From the NCBI RefSeq assembly GCF_036321535.1, contig NC_087437.1, positions 36,086,001-36,150,000 on the forward strand: DNA of 64,000 bases. Direction: 5' to 3'. Origin of the DNA: Camelus dromedarius (lineage: Eukaryota). This document shows positions 39,837-53,392 of this stretch, piece after piece (position 1 is the stretch's first letter; each line of letters opens with the position of its first letter). A program made the translations under genes and the position numbers. The notes beneath the pieces are model-generated. The model saw nothing but the letters and a program-made list of their open reading frames with translations, was not told the DNA's origin and searched no databases.

Positions 39837-42809
39837 TTTACTTATATTTCTCTGACTCTATGGATTTAGGAGTATTGTTTATCTACTATGGTTTTGAATG
39901 GCTGTTTTATTTTTTGTTTGTTTTTATTTAAAGTGAGAGCATTCCTATGTAAACTGTGTGTGTCTAATAGTTTTGTTGCAAGGACTATTCTTAGTATGGA
40001 TGGTTGCCATATCTTTCTTCCATGTGTGTTAGCTGTTATCCCTTTGATTGGGGATGTGGTTGGTATTGTGGTAATCAGAGCCTGCTCTGGTGGTGGTTGT
40101 TGTTGAGTTGAGCCTCCTTTTTTGTTCTTTGATTGTCACAGCCTTGACAAGGGCTGTGTCTGCTCCCCTGTTGCTGGAATAGAGGCTTCTAGACCCATTT
40201 CTGAGCTGTGGTGTGTGGTAGGCATGGTTGGAGCACTTCAGCTGGCAAGAAGAGTTGCTGACATCTCTACAGGAGATGTCCACTTGGAGGTGCCCTCTGT
40301 AGTGATGTTTGTCATTTGTTATGTGGGCTTACAAAGTACTCTTTGTTGACTCTGCCTTTGTCTCCTCCTTAGCTCAGGGAATGTCAGCCACCCACTCTGG
40401 TGTCCTCCAGGCTTGGGGCCCCTAGAACCACCAGTGCAGATCCACCAATGTTAGGTGCTAGGACCCCCCTGTAGCGGGCATACAGTTATATACCTGAATC
40501 CATGGTGCACGATAGGGTCAGTGTACACCCCAGCCCCACCTACGTGTACTGTATATGGTATGCTGGCCTATTGTAAACACCCACACTCTCCCTTGCCATG
40601 TGCCAGAACTCTGCTTACTGCCTGTTTTTTCCTAGAGATGGAGGTTCATAAATTCCACCCTCTCTGCCTGGGGATGTAAATAAATCTCAGTCCTATCCAT
40701 GAAGTTGCAGCGCCCCTGGGTATGGATTCAGCTTTCAGCCCTATCCCCGCACAGTCATGATGGCTATGACGGAGCGCTATCTCTCTTCTTGCAAGAACAC
40801 ACCAACATAGGAACCATGAATAGAGAGAGACTGTGGCACGGCTGCATTGTGCCCCTTCCCCTTACACACACCAGCAGTGGTGCTTTTTTATGGGGGTCCC
40901 AGGATGTTTGTTCCACGCACACTTCCAGCCAGAGCATACACCACCCTTCAGTCCACTGAGGCTGCCTCTGTGCAGTGGGCCCCAGCCCTCTCCCAGGCTT
41001 GTCACCAATCTCCAGCAGCCAGTTCCGGCTTGTCCCTACTGGTTTGGGTCTAGGGCTGGGGATCACAGGGACCCTCCATGCTAGTTTCTCTTAATTTTGT
41101 CTGCCAAGCAGCTGCTACTTTCTCCTTGAGCCTCAGAAGCTCTGCTTCTGTCCCTGCTGAACTCCTGGCTGGTGCCGGGGCATCCCAGTGTCAGGGTGCC
41201 TTTTTTCTTTTGCTGCTCCCTCCCCTGCAGGACTGGTCCCCCAATTTTTTCTTTTTTCATTTTCTTCCTCTTACCGGATTTTGTGGGAATCCAACTGTAC
41301 TTCGAAGTGAGAGACACTCTGCCAGAGTTCAGTAGGTGGTCTGTGTGGTTCAGTTGGCCTGTAAGTGTAATTCTTGGTGTGTTTGTGGGAGAGGGAGAGC
41401 TGTGAGTCTTTCTTCTCCAGCATCTTGGCCTTGTTGAAGAATTTTGAGTGTTCTTAGTTTCCAGAAAATATATATTTAAAACGATCTTTTTTCTGCATCA
41501 TTTAAATTCGATGGCAAACTGTACATATAATTAAATCAAATATTTCTATTTAACAAATGGAACTGACTTTGGGAAAAAGCCTCGTAAACCACACTGTTTT
41601 TAGGAATTAGTGAAATGTCATTTTTCCAATTGAGCTTTGGGAGTTGGACATATAATGGTAGTACAAGTTTTATTTTTGTCATTGCTTCAACAGCTTTATA
41701 ATTATGATCCTATAATTGTATTGCCACTTTAATAAAAGATGATAACAAGTTCTTCTAAATATATTATTTGTTTGAATTAATGTTATGTTTTGGCTTTTAT
41801 TTGCTAGAATAGCATTATTATGCATCTTTTATTATAAAATTGAATATAAATTTTTTAGAAATTCTCATTGTTAAAAATTTCAGATAGCCTTTGGTTGGTC
41901 CTAAAACAGTCCAAATATCAAATCTATTAATTGAAAATTATTTTTAGATATAGAAATTTATATGCAATTCAAAATATTTCAAATATATAAAATGAAATCT
42001 TAAAAGACATAAGATGCAATTCTGTTAGTTATAGGATAGTTTACTGAATGGAATGTTCATATTTGTGCTTTTCTTTATTTATTTGCTTTTGCTTCTATGA
42101 CTTGGGAAACAATAATGTTGTGCAAGAATACAGACTAACAAGAAACATACATGATTTCTAGAATGGTCAAAATTAAATATGTTCCAGTAAAATGGTATTT
42201 GTCCCCTTTTTAAACTGGAAAGTATCTAAAATATTGTTCCTTAAAAAAATTCTATCTTCCTGAAATATAATAATGTAAAATGCATTCAGAGTTAATATAC
42301 AACTTTAAATTTATAATCTTTTTTTATTCTGTCCAATACATCTCATATAGATGGAGACTAAATGTATTTGAAATAAAATTGTAAGTTCTGTAAAGTTAGT
42401 GGATTATTTATTTTCTAGCAATTTAAAAGTTGTATTAAGAAAGTACTTTCTAAGATTTCTATCAGTTCACTGGTTAAGAATCAAAATCCAGAAAATGCCA
42501 TATTTATTTGAGAAAAACATTTTTGAGGGGAAACCTAGATAAACAGCAATGTGCAGCATGCAGACAGGGACAGGAAGTACAGAAAGAGTTCACATCCATC
42601 TGGTCAAAAGTGTTCAGCTATTTTTGCTTGTCTGATCATTGATATGTAAAATCTGAGCTGTTCTCTTATCTGCAAAGTAAGAAATCAGAATTATATGGTC
42701 TGTAGGGTTCCTATTATGATTTTATTCTTATACGTAAAAGTTATTCATTCAATATTGTTTTTCTCTCCTGTAGTAGTCGCTGTGCTTTTAGATACAGCAG
42801 TACATAATT

Positions 42810-43401
42810 TACTATTATTGTGTAACGAATGTTGTGGTTTCGCATGATTTAGTAGCTCAGTTCTGTAGGTCAGGTGTCAGGGCCGAGCATAACTGGCTTC
42901 TCTGCTGAGGCTCACACAAGGCTGTGAATTAGCTCGGTGTTGGCCATCTAGAGTTTGGGATCCTTTTCCAAGCTCCTTCAAGTTGTTGGCAGAACTGTTT
43001 CTTGTAGCCCTAGGAATGAGGTCTCTGTTTCCTTACTGGCTGTCAGCCAAGGGTTATTTTCCTCTCCCAAAGGCCATCTAAATTCCTTGCCATGTGGCCT
43101 TCTCTATCTTGCAAGATAGCAATGGAAAATCTCCCTCACACTGAATCTATCTCATGTTTAGAATCTGACTTTGAATCTCTCACCAGGAAGAGTCTGATGC
43201 TTATATGGGCTAACCTGATTAAGTGAAGCTCCCCAAAGATAACCTTTCTATCTTAAGGTCAACTGCTTTAAAACCTTAATTACATCTACAAAATAAGATT
43301 ATAACAGCACCTCAATTATTATTTAATTGAATAACTGACAAAAGGTGTGTGTTCCCAAGGGGGACAGGAATCTGGGACACATCTTTGAATTCCTCCTATC
43401 A
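42810..43401 (-). mobile_element. MLT1 (MLT1E/F-like) LTR
   Basis: ttccaagctccttcaagttgttggcagaa, ttccttgccatgtggcc and ggaatctgggacacatctttgaattc motifs. Confidence 0.8.
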
Positions 43402-43789
43402 TGAGCAATGAATAGGTCAGTAGCAATCTCTTTTTGCATAATACATTCAGTCAAGTTTGGGAAAAAATTCAGTGCCACAAAAATTATTTAAATGTATACT
43501 TGATACATGTTAAACAGAAGAAGTGGGTTGCTGTGAGTGCAGTTACCCAAGATCATCTTTATTGAACAATGCAATTGATGTGTATCCACTTGCACCAAAA
43601 GCCTAGCCAGTCTTTAAGTATCAACTGATGGCATGTATGTCCCTAAATCTTTCTTTGTTCAGCATTTCTCCCACAGACTTAACATGGTAATTGGATATTG
43701 CACTGGCCATTCTGCATCTACTCCTTAAAACGTACTCCCCTTCATTTGCCTGATGCTTTGCTTACTCTTCTTGCCTCCCCAAAAAGGTG

Positions 43790-44160
43790 GAAATTTGTAG
43801 ACCGTTTTACTGGGTCCATTACCTTCTGCCTTCTAGTTGGATTTGACCAGTGGCAGACATAAGCAAGAGACTAGAGGCGGGAGGAGAGTGATGTTACGGT
43901 AATTATTCTCCCTCTCTGCCAACCTGTGGATTGACAGAGTTCCTGCCCAGAAGACTGCTCCTACAACGATAGCTTTATCTCTCTGGGCAACAGTAATGGC
44001 TCCTTCTTTTTTCCTTCAGTATAGACATAGTGATGACTCGCTGCTATTTCTGACCCTGGGGTCCTTTATCATCTCTGTTTCATTTTCCTTAACATTACCC
44101 AAATATTGTAAATATGTCCCTCTTCAATTATTCTCTTTGAGTGTGGAATTTATTAGCTGT
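43790..44160 (+). mobile_element. LTR33-like ERVL LTR
   Basis: ccttctgccttctagttggatttgaccagtggcag...gagactagaggcgggaggagagtga pattern. Confidence 0.6.
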
Positions 44161-44199
44161 AACTGGGAAAATGTTTTATTACTAGTTGGTATTTTTTTT

Positions 44200-44577
44200 C
44201 CCAACATGCTCCTTAATTTGTTTAGGGTAGCAGTGTGCTATGTGAATATGAGACCATGAAATATAGTTATGGCCAATGGGGCATAATCAGATAGGCCTTT
44301 CTGGAAAAGCAACTTGCTTTTTCCCTACAGATGACAACTATTCCTCATTCCCCCATCCTGCTGCTTCTTGGTTGGGAGGAGGAGACATAAAACCACAAGC
44401 ATGTGGTAAAAGACTGAGCTCCTAAGGGTGAGAGTGAAAAGCTGGAAACAGCCTGAATTCCTAGTGATAACTTTTAGACACCATACTAGCCCTGAGCTTC
44501 ATGATACAAAAACATCTTACCATCAGTAGGATTTTTTTGTTTCCACCTGGCTGATGAATGTATTCCTGACTAATACA
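44200..44577 (+). mobile_element. Old MLT1 (MLT1J-L-like) LTR
   Basis: ccatgaaatatagttatggccaatg...gctggaaacagcctgaattcc...ttcctgactaataca end. Confidence 0.55.
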
Positions 44578-47500
44578 TCCACCCACCCCGTTTCTTTCAT
44601 GCTTCTTCCCATATAACAATCTAATCAGCAGATAAAGTGATGAAATATGTACTCATGGAACATTTACTTTACTATTTCTGCTGCCTGTGATCAGAGCACA
44701 GGCAGATAAAAGAGGTCTGCAGTTCCCAAGAGGTCACTGAATAGGCAAGCTCAAGTTAACCTTTTAGCATACACATTCCTCTAATCCATCAAGACTCCTG
44801 TCCAAACTTTCTCATAATACTTTGCAAGAGTTTCATGTTCCTCAGCCTCTAGTTTCTAACTACTTGACCAACATTTATGCTCATCCTATAACCAGGCAGT
44901 AGGGTGGCAAGTTCATTATGTTTTTACAAGATAGACATGCAATTCAGCATTCATAGGAGCCTTAGGACTATTTTATTAAAACTACCCCCCTTTGTTTTTG
45001 GCTCACCTCAAACTTCACACCTCTGGTGGCAAGACAGAAAACCATTGCCATGTCTGTTTTGATCTCTTCTCCATATCAACTTGATCATCTGTATATTTTG
45101 TCCTCAATTTGTTTTCCTAACTCATCATATTTCTACCAAATATTTTTATTGATTTTCCCTCTGTTACATGATTAATATATTCCCTGATTCTCCTCTGATA
45201 AGTCCTGGTCACTTCACATTTTATCTGTGGCATGTTAATAGCTCATCTCCTTAGTGGCATTCAGATGCATTAGATGAAGAGAAACTAGCTTTTTTTTTTA
45301 ATTTCTAGGAAACTTTTATTCCTTTATCCACATTTGAAGCCATAAGAGATTTTGATTAGACATCTGCCTTTCTATAGGTCATGATTTTCATTCAGGCTTG
45401 GAGTAATTAAGCCTGAGAAAGTTTTCAGTGTATAGGGGAAGAAATGGATTTGAGAGCTAGCAACAAGGAAGAACAATCAAGGTGATGGTGAGTTTTATTT
45501 TAATAACATATGAGAGGAAGGAATCTCATGATACATGATGTCTGATAATTAGTGATATTTGACAGAGACAACTCAGATTTGGCAAGGCAAAGATACTTTG
45601 AAATTAGAAGACTAGATCGTAAAGCAGCATAAGACTTTCTTTTATGGGATATTCTTTCACATATTCATATAGTTCTGATTTCTGAGGTTGAGCTTTGCTA
45701 CAGACCATTAGGTTTTGAATGTGAGTTACTGAGATGAGACAGCAGCAAGATAAAACAGCAAACAAAAATTTAATGTGGCAAATTGAAAGGGTCAGCTTGT
45801 TGAACCTGGTTACATTTTACTAATATGAAGAAAAGTAAAATCTGTTGGCAGAGTGATAAGGAAATGCTCAATAATATTTCTATAAATTGTTCATTTTCTC
45901 TGTCATTTTTATTAGGGGAACAATTATAACTGAAATTGCATTACCAGTGTTATTGCCATTACAGTAATATTTCATAGATACTATTTGTGCTTTAGGATTG
46001 AGACATTAGAGTGATAAAAGGAAACAATAGCATTTTATGCTTTTGTGTAATAAAGACTTTTCATGCTTCTCTTTGGAATTTGAGATTATTCTCATTAAGA
46101 AAATTAAATAAATGATGATTTGGGGAATTCTCCGTCATCGCTACCATGCTTTTTCTGGTTTATTTATACTTAGTGAGAGGTTTGTATGAGTACAATTGCA
46201 CAACTTGGATTAACTTCCTCTCTCTCCAAATGCAAGGAAGTGCCATTTGTCATATTCCTGAGTTACTTTCAGAGAAGTGTGACACTAACATCAAAATTGT
46301 CCCCATTTGAGGCTTCCAGTTCATGACTGGCAACATGCACTTGTTTCTTTAGGTGCCAGAAATAAGGATAAAACAGAAAGACAGGGGCAAATTGGAAGTG
46401 ACACTATGGTGGCCTGAGGGCAGTGAGACAGGACTTGGTGATGAGATTATAATGTGTGTCCTAAGATATAAATCATAATCTGGGATCTACAGGAACCTTG
46501 GAGCTGAAACTGAGCTACTTAATTCACTACACCACTCTCCCTAATGGAAGTAAAGCAGTGGAGTAAATGCTTAAACACGACTGGAAATAACTGGGGCAGT
46601 AGTAATGTTTTCTGTCTTTCTGCCTATGTATATATTTTGGTGGTAACAACATGCCCAAGATGAGTGGGGCGCTTATTCAGGTGGCTAAGGGATTTGATCC
46701 TATTTGATCCCACCTCCAGCTTTACCCAAATTAAAATGTCTAAAATTTTTATTTGTTATGTTTACAGCAGTGACTTCATTGATTTACATGGAGTATTAGT
46801 AAATATTTCCTGAATGGTCAAAATTTTCTTTCATAGGCAAATTTGTGCAAAAAGACAAATGTCTAAACATACTGAAAAAGATGAAGAAATGATGTCATGT
46901 CATGTAAACAAATTATAGAAACCCATAAATTTCTTACCAAATTTAATTATATTTAAAACCTTTGTATCTCAAAATCAAGAAGCATTATTCATTTTATATA
47001 CAAAAGTCAAATTACAGATAATCTTACTCTAAAAGATAAGGATTAAAAACTTTAATTTGAAACTTACAGGTTTTATTGAAAGAGCTATATAGAGTAATTA
47101 ATTTTAAGAAAAATGATTTCATTCCTGAAAAACTGAAGTTTTTTCACTTATAGGTTATTTTCAGCACTTATGGATTTAAAATGGATTTAAAATTCAGCAG
47201 CTCATTTAAAAAGTTTTCTCTATATTTGTTAGTTTATTTTTGATCCATACCTCTTTGTTAATAACAGTATGACTAAAATGTAATTCTGCTTTAAATATTA
47301 ACCTCAAATAGATACTTTTAGACATTTTCCCTCTTAATATTGCTCCCTTTGTTATTAATTTGTAAATAATAAATTTAAAAACCTGAGTAAAACAATACAA
47401 GCATAAAAGTTAACTATGGTGTTAGCTTCAATAAGTTAATTTAATTTGGACATAATATATGGAAAAACCATAGACTGTGAGAAAAGAATCTGATTGCATT

Positions 47501-50145
47501 AAATCGCTTTATAGTCAATGTGCTCATTTAGGCATGTGCATCTTTTAATTTGAGGGCATTCATATTACATAATTCATGAACTTAAGAGTATTTATTTGAA
47601 TGTGTTATTTTTGTTCCTGCTAAAATTCCAGAAGTAATACAGCTGGAAGAATTGCTTTATGACTGGAGCATGAACAGACACTGTTAATTCAATGATAATA
47701 CTATGATTTAAATTAAATACACTTTGCCACTTACCTCAGAGTAACTACTGTTATGTCTGACTTATGCTACCTATTCTCAGTAAAGCACTTCAGAATCAAT
47801 TTTACCTATTAAATAGTCCTTGCTGTGTCTAAGAGAATATCTTTAATCTGTCCTCACATTCCCACAACCATTAATTTTAATATTGATGGGTTACCAGCAC
47901 ATCAGTTATGTCAATGGTTTTTCGTGTCTGCTTTCATTCTTGACTTACAGCCATTAAAGTCAAAATTCCTTTTCTTATGATATAGAGTAACTGCCCTTTC
48001 ACTTATTTGAATAAGCAATGCTTTTGCCATTTAAAAAGTCAGAACTGGAAATATTAAAAATAAAAACCCTCTAATTTAAAATTATTTTAGAGAATTAAGT
48101 ATGTTTTATATTCTTCTCTTTCCCTTTCTCTCTCTGCCTCTTGACATTTTGCTAATCACTTTATATATGATAATAGTAGCATGGGAAGCCATATTTGTTT
48201 ATGTTATAAAATAAATTTCATGTCCTAGGCAATGAATCCATTCCTAGAGTATAACTGGAAATTTATGAAGTAGGCATCATTACTTAATATGATATTTCAT
48301 CAAGCATTATAAAGACTTACTTACTATAAGTAACATGTTGTGACAGAAGGGTCAGCTTTCTAATAGACTGTAGTAGTCATACAGGAAATATTACTTTGGC
48401 AAATAAGCTAAAATGGTTTTAAGTGAAATTTTTTTACTGAGGGGAATGGAGCTTTAATCTTCTCTGTTTCAGTATATCTCAGATATGATGTGAGAGTAAG
48501 ACTAGTTCTGAGCAATAGCTCATGCTTTTGCCAGTATATGGCTTTGGGAAAGTTACTTAATGTATCATAGTCCTGACTTTACACACATTTGATAGTCATG
48601 GATTGCTTCATCATTAAATACTTGGTTAGAAGAGAAAGCAAACTAAATGTAATGATACTACTTACCGTAAATAGTTTTATAAAACTGTAACCAAATATAA
48701 AAATTTATTACTAAGTAAGAAAAGATTAGTGGATGTGTATTTTTGGACAATGTGACCTACCACTCTTGGGGTTCTTACTTCTCTATTATTTGCTCTCCAT
48801 TAGTTTTTTGCCTCTATATACTATTCTCTTATTAGTTTTTAAAATTTCTCCAGGAAAATATCTCTACATGATTTCATATATGTATTTTCTGACTCTATAA
48901 GTCTTAGAATTTAAGTGGGAGAAATAAAATTTTAGAAAAACAGCAGTAATAATAAATGAGCATGCCAATAATTATTTCAAATATTGTATGGAATGAGAAT
49001 CCACAAAATATACAAAAAGTACTGTAGAAAACTAAATTAGTAATATACAGGACAGGCTTGAGAAAAATCAGAGTAGAACAGAAGAAAATTTATTTTCTAG
49101 AGTAAAGCTTTAAAAATATGTTCTTCATCTGTATCCTAAATGCTACATTCACCTCAAACTTCTTATCGTTCAGTGTCTTCAAAATTTATGTATTGATTTT
49201 CCCAGTTTTAATTACTATTCTAGAAAGAAGGCATAGGTAAGATTGCTATTGACTTAAAAAGGATTCAGATGAATTACTTTTCAGCTCCTTTCTGGTATGA
49301 CTGAATATCATCAAAACCCAGTGACAGTGACTCATATTATTTATGTCTATAATTTACCACACTGAGGAATTGGGAGACAGATCTGGAGTTATGGAGAGGA
49401 AAAATTCATCTTTGTATTATTTCCTGAATCTCAAAAGTGAGATTTCTTTATTGTCTCTTTTGCTTGGCCTGTTATCTAAGTTCATGGTAATTGTCAATCG
49501 AGCCTCTTTCTTTGTGCTTCTGACCACCCGGTCACCAGTTATTGACCAGCTGGTAAACCAGTTATTGCCCATGAAATTACAGCTTACTTCCTATTTTTAT
49601 TTCATGGAAACTGTGCTTTTAAACCATTATACATTTTAAGAGACTGAAGAATATACAATAAAATGTTATGTTTCAATCATTAGGAAGAATTATTTCCCCA
49701 GGTTCTTTTTCTACATTTTTCTATTTTCATTAAAAGTTGGTTTACATAATAATGCCCCCACCAAAGGAAAATAAGAGTCTAGATTAATGGCATTTTCATA
49801 CGTTTTAGATAAATCTTTTTAACTCTAATACTTGGCAATTATTAATAATCATAGTTTGGTAACATTATATGTTTTCTAAGCCTTTCAGAACTGAATCCCC
49901 AATATATTTTTATCAGCATATCAATAATAATTCTATTCAAAATAATCCAATCATATCAGTATATTTCACATTTCTATTCTTATGTAGAAACAGTAGATAG
50001 ACTGTATTTTCAATGAGCAGCAAAATGTGGCCGTTCTTATTTCATAGAACAGAAAGTAAAAATTGAATGTTGTATGGAGTCTTTATGTTGAGATAAACTA
50101 TGATGTAGATTCCTGTACAATGTAAATCCTGGTTTTTTTTTTTAC

Positions 50146-50251
50146 CTTAGTTCTCTTATTACTGATGTTCAACCTGACTACAGCTTCATCAAAAACTGAT
50201 TCTTCCTTTTTGTCAAAGCCAATGTAAATATCCTTTGTACCATGATGATAT
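50146..50251 (-). CDS. Candidate internal coding exon (106 nt), product unknown
   Basis: ttcag|A...AAG|gtaaaa splice context in non-repetitive DNA. Only one frame is open: YHHGTKDIYIGFDKKEESVFDEAVVRLNISNKRTK. The polypyrimidine tract is weak and the peptide is not recognised. Confidence 0.35.
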
Positions 50252-51029
50252 CTGAATATATATTTGTAAATAACTTTGTATTTAGTGACTATTACTAATT
50301 TCTGAAACTGGGCTTTATAAAAAGGCATAGGTTTAAACGTCCAAACATTTAAAACTTTTTGAGCTCAGTTTTTTAAAAATTGAGCACATATTTAAAAAAA
50401 TTATATTGCTAAACAGATAAATAATATAACACTTTGTCTTCCATCTATAGCTCTTTAAATTTTTCACATCAAAAAAATACTTGCTCTAAACTGGCAATAA
50501 TACTGCTGCATATCATATAGCAGAGTTAAAAGGACAGGGGTCTTGAAAAGAAATTACTTCACAGATAACGCTTTTTTGTTGTCACTGTTCTTACTAAGTA
50601 TGTGGAGTAATTTTACTGTGGCTGAAATATAAATGAAACATGTGACAAGTTAAAAAGTCTGGTTAATACTCTGAAATTGCATTGAATTCCCAAACATTAA
50701 TTTTTATGCTTCAAAACGTGGAATTTGAAAACAACTATCATGTATTAAACAAAACAAGAAGTCAAATTTTACCACTTTCCTTTATTAAATAATTCAAATG
50801 CTTTTCTTCTGCAATTCAATAATTTACATAATACTTTAAAGCTATTCCATAAACCTGATTTTAGTGCTGTGACTACTGATTAGAAAATCCCTGAGAAAAT
50901 ACTAGGAACAATCTCATTTAATGCTACTTTAACATTTATTAGCCTTTTATAACTACCAAGAACAGTATATATAGAGTCTTAAATATCTCAAATGTCTCCT
51001 CACAAATTACTTAATAACTTCAAAAGTAA

Positions 51030-51545
51030 ATATGTAGCAACTATACAGGGAAACCAGATAACACTAATTAACATAGCCAGTAGTGGACAAACAGGTATAT
51101 GTGCCTGAAAATGTGATACTCCAAGAAAAAATAATCAATTTTATATTATTGTAGCCAATAAGATGCTGAAATATTCAGGAAAGCTTCCAGATTAAAGGAA
51201 ACTAATGGCAAATTACTTTCCCCCCTTGATTGACTCCTTTATAGGAAAAGCAAAGAAACATAATCGTTTATAGGGTATTACTGTGGAATACAAGAATTTC
51301 AATATATACTACAGGTTAAAGTGTTGTGTGAATGTTACATTTTCTAAACATGATAAATATAGCACTGTTATTTAAATGAAATGCTTTGTTCTTAGGAAAT
51401 ATGCAAAATGAAGATTTAGGAGGAAGAGAAAATGTTGTAACTTTTTGAATCTAGGCAAAGTGTATATGGGATTATTTTGTGTATTTTTTTAAAACTTTCT
51501 GAAAGTTGAAAATTATTTCAAAATAAAACACTAAAAGATATAAAT
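51030..51545 (+). mobile_element. Old L1 (L1MC/ME-like) 3' UTR fragments
   Basis: ttccagattaaaggaaactaa, ttgttcttaggaaatat and gaatctaggcaaagtgtatatggga motifs. Confidence 0.55.
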
Positions 51546-51779
51546 AAATGTCTAAATGAAATGCATGCTTGAGAATCCAAAAATTCTTATCCATAGAGTT
51601 ATAGGCATCTCAGTTTGGATTATTTATTTGCTTTTTAAAAGTCTGTGCATTTCCTGAATTTTAAAGAGATATGGCAGATTTATTTACATGAGATTTAGGC
51701 AGAACCTATCTAGTTCAATAAGTTTATGCATACCTTCCATATATCAGTACAGTTATCATAAAAATTAAAAGGAAATGTG

Positions 51780-52875
51780 AAGCAAAAAATGAAGCATACT
51801 AAAATATAAAAGAAATGTCCAAAAAGCAGGGGAAAAATTAAAATAGACCCCCAGGTGTTTTAGATATAGTTATTATTAACCATAGATGTCAAAATAATTA
51901 TGATTATTTTATTCAAGAAAATAAAGGGAAATATGAATTAGAGAATTTAAATAGTTTAAAAATATCTGAAATTAAGAAATCATTGATTATGTTTAATAGC
52001 AGAATACTGAAAGACTACAGAATAGAAAATTATGAGGAAAAATGGAAGAAATGAACATTCAGAAAATGAAAGAAAGGAAAAAATGCATAAGTAAGCATGA
52101 GAGTTATGGAAGCAGGCAAAAGATCTAAGTCTAAATGGAATACCAGAATGAAAGGACAATGAGACTGAGGCAGAAACAATATTTTAAAAGATAATGTCTA
52201 ATGATTTTTCAGAACTTAAGACTTTAACCCAAAGAATCAAGAAGCTAGGACCTGCTCCATAAAGGACAAATATAAGCAGAATTACATGCAGATTACTAGA
52301 GTCAAACTTTCTAAAACCAGAAATAAAGATAAAATCCTTAAAGTAGCAAGAGAAAAAGAAGACACAATACTTTCACAAAAACACTGTCTTTGGCTTACTT
52401 TTCAACAGAAACTATGGATATCAAAAGTCAAAAGACTTTAAGTGTTGAAAGAAAAACATAATAACCTAGAATTATCAGAACTAAATAATATATTTTTGAA
52501 AGAAGAAGGTGGATAGTATACATCTTCTTATGAACAGTGCTGAAATATTAAAAGGCTGAAAATCAAAGTTCTTTCTTAAGGAGTTAGAAAAATACAGAAA
52601 AGTGAAACCAAAGAAAGAAGAAAAGAAGAAAGATGAGCAGAGAAAAAGGAAAAGTGAAAAAGCTTGAACAAAAAGTTTAACAAAACCAAAATTTAATTCT
52701 TTGAAAAGATTAAAAAAATGATGAACATTTTAAAAAACTAATCAAGAAAAAAAAACTGCTAACAAATTAAGACTATAGAGCTCTAATAGCTTCTTAGTAA
52801 CAGGGATTAGCATAACTTAGGTCAATAGAAAAATGAAACATAATAAAGAGTCTCGAAATAGACCTACCCATTATT
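51780..52875 (+). mobile_element. Old L1 ORF1/ORF2 fragments, heavily deleted
   Basis: gataaaatccttaaagtagcaagagaaaa (ORF1 ILKAAREK) followed by ORF2 pieces (ttctttgaaaagatt). Confidence 0.65.
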
Positions 52876-53049
52876 TAAAAGGCAAAATATACCTGAGCTG
52901 GAGTATAGAACATGACTGTCTGAAGGCCCATTCAATCCAGGACTGCACTTAGTTTGAGGTGTTATGATAGCACACAAAGGTTTAAGTTGGCTCTTTCAAC
53001 AGATGTGAGCATCAGTTTTTCAAACTCTTATTGCCATACAATTATTTGT

Positions 53050-53098
53050 TGGGAGCTTAAATTTTGTATGGCAAACCCATACAAAATTTAAGCTCCCA
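53050..53098. repeat. Perfect 22-bp inverted repeat with a 5-bp spacer
   Basis: tgggagcttaaattttgtatgg-caaac-ccatacaaaatttaagctccca. Confidence 0.97.
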
Positions 53099-53099
53099 G

Positions 53100-53340
53100 A
53101 GCTCACACTGTTATTTATACATGACAGTGAGCATATAGCTAGGAAGAGTATAATTATTAAGAACTAGAGTACCCTCCTGAGCCAGTCCTTTCATTTCACA
53201 AATCCCAATGAACACAGGTTGAAGCCAAGCCAGAAGAAATCTGCTTTGGCACCATCTTGTTGGAGAAGTCATGATTTTTCCCATTTGACATTTCTATCTG
53301 AAATCCATTAGGAAACTTTTAAGTTTTTAGATAAGTCTTT

Positions 53341-53392
<52 letters not shown>

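Larger units (their letters stand above)
34430..41430 (-). mobile_element. Full-length (~7.0 kb) lineage-specific LINE-1, non-functional
   Basis: 5' end ggccaagatgctggag, a ~1.6 kb GC-richer 5' UTR, ORF1, an inter-ORF spacer, ORF2 (EN, RT, C-terminal domain), 3' UTR and a short tail. Possible degenerate TSD ttgttttaaaatttt / ttgttgaagaatttt (12/15). Confidence 0.95.

Noticed and set aside
39888..41405. Cluster of overlapping short ORFs suggesting a gene or an ORF0-like product
   Set aside because: They lie in the GC-richer L1 5' UTR where stop codons are rarer, and show no recognisable motifs.
34430..41430. Active, retrotransposition-competent L1
   Set aside because: ORF1 and ORF2 are broken into many fragments, the ORF2 start reads GTG, and the 5' UTR is CpG-depleted.
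47735..47828. Second minus-strand exon candidate (ctcttag...GAG|gtaagt)
   Set aside because: All three frames contain stops. It could only be non-coding and has no other support.
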